This document shows, in pieces, positions 56,701-64,000 of a stretch of DNA of 64,000 nucleotides. Under the pieces are notes generated by a model. The model worked only from the letters and a program-made list of their open reading frames with translations, ran no database searches and was not told the DNA's origin. Source of the DNA: Zootoca vivipara (taxonomy: Eukaryota); the NCBI RefSeq assembly GCF_963506605.1, contig NC_083280.1, positions 29,078,001 to 29,142,000 on the forward strand. Reading direction: 5' to 3'. Both the position numbers and the translations under genes were made by a program. Every line of letters begins with the position of its first letter. The first letter of the stretch is position 1.

Positions 56701-59700
56701 GGTCCTGACCGGACGGATATTGGAATAGGCAAGGGATACCCACATGACCTGAAGGTGCTGCTGTGCAATGCCAGGTCGATGATGAATAAGACCACCGCCA
56801 TTCACGACCTGATTGTGGATGGAGGATTTGACCTGGCATGTGTGACAGAGACCTGGTTGGAGGAAGCCGATGGGCCCGTTCTTGGCGCTGCTTGCCCACC
56901 AGGTTTCTCTTATGCACAGCAACCCAGGCCATCTGGGCGGGGAGGGGGGGTTGCAGTGATTTTTAGGAAGTCATTAGTTTGCACCAGGCGTCCTATTGGG
57001 AAGACCCAGTTCTCTGAGTGCATGTTCTGGAAGTTGGGCAATAGAGGCAGTACAGGATTCCTTTTGGTGTACCGACCTCCCCGCTGCACCAAGGATTCCC
57101 TGCCCGAGCTGCTTCAGGTCGTGTCGGATGTGCTCCTGGAGACACCTAGCTTGGTTGTCTTAGGGGATTTTAACATCCATGCCGACACGACCTTACAAGG
57201 AGCCGCTCGGGACTTCGTGGAAAGCATGGCCACCATGGGGCTGTCCCTGAATAAGTCTGGCCCAACTCATAGCCGCGGACATGCCTTGGACTTGGTGTTT
57301 ACCTCTATGGATGTTGGTGATCTGACATTAAGTAAAAGCGAAACAAAAGAAGTGCCATGGTCAGATCACTTTCTGGTGCAACTGGACTTCTCCGCAACCC
57401 TTCCCCTCTGCAGGGAGGTGGGACCGATTCGGATGGTCCGCCCCCGCTACTTAATGGATCCAATTGGCTTCCAAAGAGTGGTAGGGGATGTTTTATCCCA
57501 TGTCGATGGCCTTTCAGCTGATTCCCTGGTGGCCCGCTGGAATGCGGAGTTAACCAGCGCTATTGACTGTCTGGCTCCGAAGCGCCCTCTCAGATTGCAT
57601 GGAGCCCAGACAGCCCCGTGGTTTTCCCCGGCGCTGAGGGCAATGAAACAGTCGTTGAGACGGCTAGAGCGCCGGTGGCGGAAAACTCATTTTGAATCAG
57701 ACCGGACACGGGCTAGAGCTCAACTTCGAGCCTACCAAGTGGCAATGGCGACGGCGAAGAGGACCTTCTTCACCGTCTCCATCGCATCTGCAGAAAACAG
57801 CAGCAGGAGACTCTTCCAGGTGGTTCGCAATTTAGCGGAACCACCTGCTCCATCCGGGCCCAGTACGGGCCACATGATCTCCTGCAATGATTTTGCAAAG
57901 TTTTTTGCAGATAAAGTCGCTCAGATTCGGGAAGAGGTAGACTCCACCGTGGGAGCAGGGCCGGGGCGGGGGAGTGCTAGAGTCCTGTCTAGTCAAGTTT
58001 TGTGGGATCAATTTCAATCTGTTACCTCCGAGGATGTGGACAGGCTGCTTAGACGAATGAAACCAACCACCTGTCTCCTTGATCCTTGCCCATCCTGGCT
58101 TATAAAAGCTAGCCAGGAAGGGCTGGGCGATGGGCTTCGCGGGTTGGTAAATGCTTCTCTCCATGAGGGAGCCTTCCCAGACCCGCTGATCTCCGGTCGA
58201 TGATCTCCGGCGGGCTAGGGACAAAGGTAAGAGCTGTTTCCTTGTTCTGCTGGATCTCTCAGCGGCTTTTGACACCATCGACCATAACATCCTTCTGGAC
58301 CGTCTAGAGGGCTTGGGAGCTGGGGGCACTGTCATGCAGTGGTTCCGCTCCTTCCTTCTGGGCCGTGTTCAGAAAGTGGTGGTGGGGGATGAGTGTTCAG
58401 ACCCCTGGGCGCTCACTTGTGGGGTGCCTCAGGGTTCTGTCCTCTCCCCCATGCTTTTTAACATCTATATGCAGCCGCTGGGAGAGATCATCAGGGGGTT
58501 TGGGCTGGGTGTCCATCAGTATGCTGATGATACCCAGCTCTACCTCTCTTTTAAATCAGAACCAGTGAAGGCGGTGAAGGTCCTGTGTGAGTGCTTGGAG
58601 GCGGTTGGAGGATGGATGGCGGCTAACAGATTGAGATTGAATCCTGACAAGACAGAAGTACTGTTTGTGGGGGACAGGAGGCGGGCGGGTGTGGAGGACT
58701 CCCTGGTCCTGAATGGGGTAACTGTGCCCCTGAAAGACCAGGTGCGCAGCCTGGGAGTCATTTTAGACTCACAGCTGTCCATGGAGGCACAGGTCAACTC
58801 CGTGTCCAGGGCAGCTGTTTATCAGCTCCATCTGGTACGCAGGCTGAGTCCTTACCTGCCCAGTGACTGTCTCTCCAGAGTGGTGCATGCTCTAGTTATC
58901 TCTCGCTTGGACTACTGCAATGCGCTCTACGTGGGGCTACCTTTGAAGGTGACCCGGAAACTACAACTAATCCAGAATGCGGCAGCTAGACTGGTGACTG
59001 GGAGCGGCCGCCGAGATCACATAACACCGGTCCTAAAAGACCTACATTGGCTCCCAGTACGTTTCCGAGCACAATTCAAAGTGTTGGTGTTGACCTTTAA
59101 AGCCCTAAATGGCCTCGGTCCGGTATACCTGAAGGAGCGTCTCCACCCCCATCGTTCTGCCCGTACACTGAGGTCCAGCTCCGAGGGCCTTCTGGCGGTT
59201 CCCTCATTACGAGAAGCCAAGTTACAGGGAACCAGGCAGAGGGCCTTCTCGGTAGTGGCACCCACCCTGTGGAATGCCCTCCCACTAGAGGTCAAAGAGA
59301 ACAATTACCAGACCTTTAGAAGGCATCTCAAGGCAGCCCTGTTTAGGGAAGCTTTTAATGTTTGATGGATTTCTGTATTTTAGAATTTCTGTTTTTTTGG
59401 AAGCCGCCCAGAGTGGCTGGGGGAACCCGGCCAGATGGGCGGGGTATAAATAATAAATTATTATTATTATTATTATTGTTGGTGCTTTTCATTGTAATGA
59501 GAGAACCGTATGTTTTTGAATCTTGGAAGGAAGCAGACCAGGACCATCCTGATCAAAACCATGAGCAAAGTTAAGTTTGAAAACAACAGGGGGAAAAGAA
59601 AATACAAATTTATAAGGCTCTGCTACATTTTATTTTTAAGATGGCAGACCAACATAAATAAACATGAACAATGATTCCTTAACATGTAATACACCCTGCA

Positions 59701-61308
59701 TAGGTTCTCAGTAGAAAGGGAGAATCCTTACCTCTATCATTCAGACTATTTCTGAGGGCCCTTTCAACTTGTTCTTCTTCATTCAGTCCACCAGTATATG
59801 TGCTGTAATCTCTCGATGAGTGTGATGGGTAACCTGAGTATCTAAAATTCTCTACACAGATCACACACACAGAGAGAGAAAGTGTGATACCAGGAGTGAC
59901 TACTATATCAAATTACTGTATTGAATTTGTTCTACATTTCCCCTCAACCCTCCGGAGCAGATTTGTAGAGGGCATGGGGGTGTGGGGAGAAGAGAGGAAG
60001 GGCAAGTTCCATTCCTCAAGTGGAAGTATTTGTGCTAGTGGGAGAACTTCACTTGTTACCGACCATTATATCTGTAACTTGCTTTTTAAGAACTAAGAGG
60101 TAGGTAATAGTGCAAGGAAAAACTACATGCTGTACATACTCATCTTTATATATATATGATTTCCCCAATGCTTTTTAATATCTTTATGCGCCCCCTTGCC
60201 CAGATTGTCCGGAGTTTTGGGCTGGGTTGTCATCAATATGCTGATGACACCCAGATCTATCTGTTGATGGACGGCTGCCCTGCCTCGGCCCCAGACACAC
60301 TCACCAGGTGCTTGGAAGCTGTGGCTGGATGGCTACGTGGGAGCCGACTGAAGCTAAATCCTTCGAAGACAGAGGTCCTCTGGCTAGGTCGGGGCGACAT
60401 GGGGTTGGGGGGCCAACTCCCATCTTTTGCAGGGGCTCAATTGGTACCAGCGCCTTCTGTCAAGAGTTTGGGTGTAACTTTTCACGCCTCCCTTTCCATG
60501 GAGGCGCAGGTTGCATCCACAGCAAAGGTGGCATTTTTTCATCTCCGCCGCATCAAGCAGTTGGTCCCTTACCTCTCTCGCCCCGATCTGGCCACAGTGA
60601 TCCATGCAACGATCACCTCCAGGCTTGACTATTGTAACTCGCTCTACGCAGGGTTGCCCTTAAAGCTGACCCAGAAACTCCAGCGGGTGCAGAATGCCGC
60701 GGCGAGGCTCCTTACGGGGTCCCTGCCGCGGGACCACATTCATCCAGTGCTTTACCAGCTGCACTGGCTCCCGGTGGAGTACAGGATCAGGTTTAAGGTG
60801 CTGGTTTTGACCTTTAAAGCCCTATGCGACTTGGGACCCTCGTACCTACGGGACCGCCTCTCCTGGTATGCCCCACGGAGGACCTTAAGGTCCACAAATA
60901 ATAATATTCTGGAGATCCCGAATCATAAGATGGCTAGATTGGCCTCTACTAGAGCCAGGGCCTTTTCAGTACTGGCCCCAACCTGGTGGAACGCTCTTTC
61001 CCAGGAGACCAGGGCCCTGCGGGATTTGTCATCTTTCCGCAGGGCCTGCAAGACAGAGCTGTTCCGCCTGGCCTTTGGGTTAGACTCAGCCTGACCCCTG
61101 TGTTTTCCTCCCTCATGGCTTGGATTTATGGCCTACTTGAAAAGAGGCTGCATTTTAAATTTTAATACTGTATTTTAATCTGTATTTTAATTAATTGTTT
61201 TTATGTTTTATTGTAATTCTGTTGGTGTCAGCCGCCCTGAGCCCGGTTTTTGACTGGGGAGGGCGGGGTATAAATAAAATTTTATTATATATATATATAT
61301 ATATATAC

Positions 61309-61352
<44 letters not shown>

Positions 61353-63658
61353 GCTAATAGTGTAGGAAAGAAATACCACAATCTTTTAAAAGTGTCCTCT
61401 TTACTAGTAATCACAGAAAAGAAAAAGAATCTATTAAAGCCTGTTGCAATTCAGCTAGGCCCTAAAAGGATGCAAACCCAGCTTTTGTGCACATGTCCCT
61501 ATTTGCACTGATAATCACACATGTAGGTGGATTCTGTATGTATGATTCCTAAACCCCAACCCAGCAACTGAGTCTGCACGTTGTGTGGCCTAGTAAAAAT
61601 GTCTAGTACTCCAGTGATAGCTTGCAAAGGTGAGCCAAGAGCTGAATTCACCCACTGGATGATCTCACTTCCCCATTAAATAGTTGATCAACACAATTCC
61701 AATTTCTTTTATTAGGCTGCTGTGTGTGGTCAGCACAATCAGGGTGTACATGAATAATGGTATTTTGTTTGCTTTTTTTATTCATGAACAAGGATAATCA
61801 TCTTCTGGTAAACAGAGCAGCAATTAAAAGACCAGCAGAAACCAAAATGCTCTCCTTTCCACTTATCACTGAGAGAAAGCTCACCAGCCCTAAGACACCG
61901 TATTTTTCCGTGTATAAGACAATTTATATTATTAAAAATGTTTAAAATTGGGGGTCGTCTTGTACATGGATAGTGCAGAGGGGAATGGGCAATTGGTGGC
62001 AGCTGTGAGCAGGAGACTGTCAGCAGCGATTAGGCAGGTGATTGGTGGCTGCGGCAAGGCCTGCTGGTGATTGGCTGCTGTAGCGGCAATTGGGCGGGCG
62101 TTTGGTGGCGGCTGGCGGCGAGCAGGCAGATGATTGGTGGCTTCATCGAGGCGTGCGATTGGCAGCAGCGGTCAGGCAGGTGAGCGATTGTTGGCAATCT
62201 ACCCCCATTTCCTTAATTTAGGGTCCCCAAAAGTAGGGGTTGTCTTATACACGGGGGCGTGTTATACATGGAAGAAATACGGTATTTGTTTCTTTTCTTA
62301 AATCAAATGCAAGAAGTTATTCTATCAGATCAGGTGACTAACATTTTCCAGTATGAGGTTGTGTTGTCCCAGTGCAACCCTTCTATCTGAAGATGTGTGC
62401 ATGCACACAAAAGCTCATACCAACGACAAACTTAGTTGGTCTCTAAGGTGCTAATGGAAGGAATTTTTTTATATTTTGTTCCTTCTAGGGATTTTGTTCC
62501 TTCTATTGATATATCACCCAGGATCGGTATGAGGGGCAGGCTGCGATGACAACCTCCCTCAGTGGTATATCACTAGTGAAACTGCCACCGCTCCTGAGTC
62601 CCTCTTCCTCCAGCACCCAGCATGCTGAGTGAAAAACAAGCTGCTGGTGCTAGAAGCAGAGGGAATCAAGCCATAGTTCCACTAGCAATATACCACTGAA
62701 TGAAACCACCAGTGATCTGCCCCATACCGGCAGAGGGAGAAACAATCTGCATGGGCGAAGTGCCAATACAGCTTGTTCCTCCCTCAACTTCTTTAAACTG
62801 ATTGGCTGAGGAGTGCACTTCTGCCCTCGCCTCAGCCAAGCTGTTTTACGAAGCCTCCTGCTTCCCAGCTGAGGGAGCCCGAGCCCCATTCCTGCTTGCA
62901 CTCATGTAGGATCGGGATCGGGGCTGCTCAGCTGGCGAGGTGCAGGCTCCGTCACACTTTTCCATTGAGGGTGCACAGCTGCGCTCCCCTCAAGGGGAAA
63001 GTTTAAAAGAGCCCCCAGTTTGGAATCAGAGCCCCTGCACCATCTGAAGGCAGCCAGACGGAACAGGGGCTGCTTTGGAGAAGGTGGAGACAGCCCAGCA
63101 GCTCCATCTCAAAAGTCCCTGCACTGCCTTTGATGCAGCTGCCTGTCTCCACCTTGCCAGGCAGTGCTCCTTTGAACTTCTCTGTTGAGGGGAACACAGC
63201 CGTACAATCCTCAATGGAAAAGCATGACGGAGTCTGCAACCCCGCTCCCGCTCCTGCAAGCAGGAGTGGGGTCGGGGATCTCTCAGCTGGGAAGCAGGGG
63301 CTTCATGTTCCCCAGCTGAGCAGCCCCCATCTCGCTCCTGCTCACCGGGACATCAGGGCTCGCTCAGTTGGGGGCAGGAGGCTTTCCTCCCTACAGCTGA
63401 GCAGCAGGCTGGGGCCAGCTGCATTGTCCCCAGCCCACCAGACGCTGAGCTGAAAGTGCCTCAGCTCCCACCATGAGAGCTGAGCAAATTTCTCCCAGCA
63501 CCTTGCAATGTTGAAAACCTAAGCCCAGCCCAGAAGAGCGCTCCAATCTGCTATGATATTTCCTGAATACTTTCAGATAAGCGAGTACAACCTAGGTTAC
63601 TTACCTGAATTGTATCTGTTTCTTTGTTCTGAAAAGTCAGTTTGAGAGCAAAAGCCAC
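44659..63658 (-). CDS. RHBDD1: Rhomboid domain-containing 1 (RHBDL4), 3' part: complement(join(44659-44771,59732-59851,63605-63658))
   Basis: Spliced product GGFCSQTDFSEQRNRYNS-ENFRYSGYPSHSSRDYSTYTGGLNEEEQVERALRNSLNDR-GPRHYSNERRPYGFWLPPEEPSVEELRRQRLNRFERW* has the RHBDD1 UIM and VCP-binding motif; all junctions are phase 1; synteny with COL4A4. Confidence 0.92.
44922..45057. mobile_element. 136-bp hAT MITE family A, copy 3
   Basis: TSD CTTTATAG. Confidence 0.9.
45818..46136 (-). mobile_element. Sauria SINE (5'-truncated)
   Basis: Homologous to 27636-27991. Confidence 0.88.
46725..46860. mobile_element. 136-bp hAT MITE family A, copy 4
   Basis: TSD ATTTAGAT. Confidence 0.9.
49246..49522 (-). 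mobile_element. CR1 LINE 3' end
   Basis: [35 protein letters not shown]...; (ATTCTATG)n tail. Confidence 0.9.
51077..51155 (+). repeat. (GGAA)n microsatellite
   Basis: About 19 tandem GGAA units. Confidence 0.95.
52689..52824. mobile_element. 136-bp hAT MITE family A, copy 5
   Basis: Imperfect TSD CTTTGGAC/CTTCAGAC. Confidence 0.85.
55272..55392 (+). mobile_element. tRNA-derived SINE with CR1-type tail (5'-truncated)
   Basis: GACTCTTAAC..GGGTTTGAGGCCCACATTGGGC tRNA-like segment plus CR1-like ATTCTATGA end. Confidence 0.62.
55818..56165 (+). repeat. Three 122-bp tandem monomers at the L2 5' end
   Basis: Units start at 55818, 55940 and 56062. Confidence 0.92.
56234..56438 (+). repeat. About 103-bp tandem duplication in the L2 5' UTR
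   Basis: TTTGGGGTGGTAGGTGGGAGGG... at 56234 and 56337. Confidence 0.85.
59732..59851 (-). CDS. RHBDD1: RHBDD1 penultimate coding exon (UIM)
   Basis: YTGGLNEEEQVERALRNSL; donor AGA G|gtaag; acceptor at 59851, or in frame at 59833. Confidence 0.88.
60157..61290 (+). mobile_element. 5'-truncated L2 LINE of a second subfamily, ORF intact to stop
   Basis: 312-aa open RT C-terminus (YADD, LHWLPV), stop at 61094; flanked by (TA)n on both sides. Confidence 0.92.
61287..61350 (+). repeat. (TA)n/(CA)n compound microsatellite
   Basis: Direct reading. Confidence 0.9.
61898..62282. mobile_element. Tc1/Mariner-superfamily MITE with GATTGG-repeat core
   Basis: CCGTATTTTTCCGTGTATAAGAC ... GTTATACATGGAAGAAATACGG termini. 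Confidence 0.65.
62384..62470 (+). mobile_element. Penelope-like terminal fragment
   Basis: Reverse complement of about 35225-35305. Confidence 0.6.
63605..63658 (-). CDS. RHBDD1: RHBDD1 coding exon (54 bp)
   Basis: Minus strand ttgctag|GT GGC TTT...AAT TCA G|gtaagt; resembles mammalian GGFSSSVGYPGRQYYFNSSG as I recall it. Confidence 0.82.
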
Positions 63659-64000
63659 CTAGCAAGAATAATGTATTTAAAATTCATAAGCATTTATCAT
63701 ATTGTCCTTTTACAACTTTGAATTTGACAGATTCATCTATCTAGAAGTATAATTCTTACAATTCTATCCTGGTAACATGTCTATTGAGTTTTGACAATTT
63801 TCTTCTGACAAGCTGAACAGCAATACTGAAGGTGGGAAAGGAGGATACAGAACCTGTAGGGAAAATGTCCCTAAACTGCTGTTTGCAAAGCTAGCCTATC
63901 TATTTTATTTAGAGCATTGCACTCTGTTGGTAGTGGTGGTAGCCACCACTAAAATACAACAAAATACATAGGACCCCTGTCTTGCAAATGTGCCTTTAAA

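Larger units (their letters stand above)
55818..59476 (+). mobile_element. Near full-length L2-clade LINE (APE-RT single ORF, broken by an internal deletion)
   Basis: APE motifs (CNARS, TETW, GDFN, SDH) in 56548-58203; RT motifs (LDLSAAFD, GVPQGSVLSP, YADD) in 58196-59365; (TTA)n tail. Confidence 0.93.

Noticed and set aside
59838-59845. ttttag acceptor at 59841 for the RHBDD1 UIM exon
   Set aside because: Phase 2; it would frameshift relative to the upstream phase-1 donor.
56494-61094. Longest ORFs (569, 350 and 312 aa) as a host gene or novel RT system
   Set aside because: Ordinary L2-clade endonuclease/RT sequence with LINE tails and homologous fragments elsewhere in the window.

Overview
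Vertebrate genomic DNA from a squamate reptile, most likely a lacertid lizard, judging by its Sauria SINEs and the L2/CR1/Penelope/hAT repeat set. The + strand carries the 3' part of COL4A4 (collagen IV alpha-4). I traced 29 coding exons from 1829 to the stop at 36424; they correspond to human exons 20-48 (numbering recalled, not looked up). All join in frame, including a 9-nt microexon (28384-28392) and one GC-AG intron. Convergent on the - strand are the last three coding exons of RHBDD1/RHBDL4 (63605-63658, 59732-59851 with the UIM, 44659-44771 with the VCP-binding motif), the same tail-to-tail arrangement as in mammals. Introns and intergenic DNA hold many transposable elements, many with intact target-site duplications (TSDs). 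There is no prokaryotic-type system, and I cannot claim a new gene. The best leads are: (1) a microexon whose inclusion converts KGD to CRGD in collagen IV; (2) an unusual excess of AAG splice acceptors; (3) a single-ORF L2 LINE with monomer-like promoter repeats, antisense to RHBDD1; (4) a candidate RHBDD1 isoform lacking the VCP-binding motif; (5) an RFX X-box cluster between the two genes.
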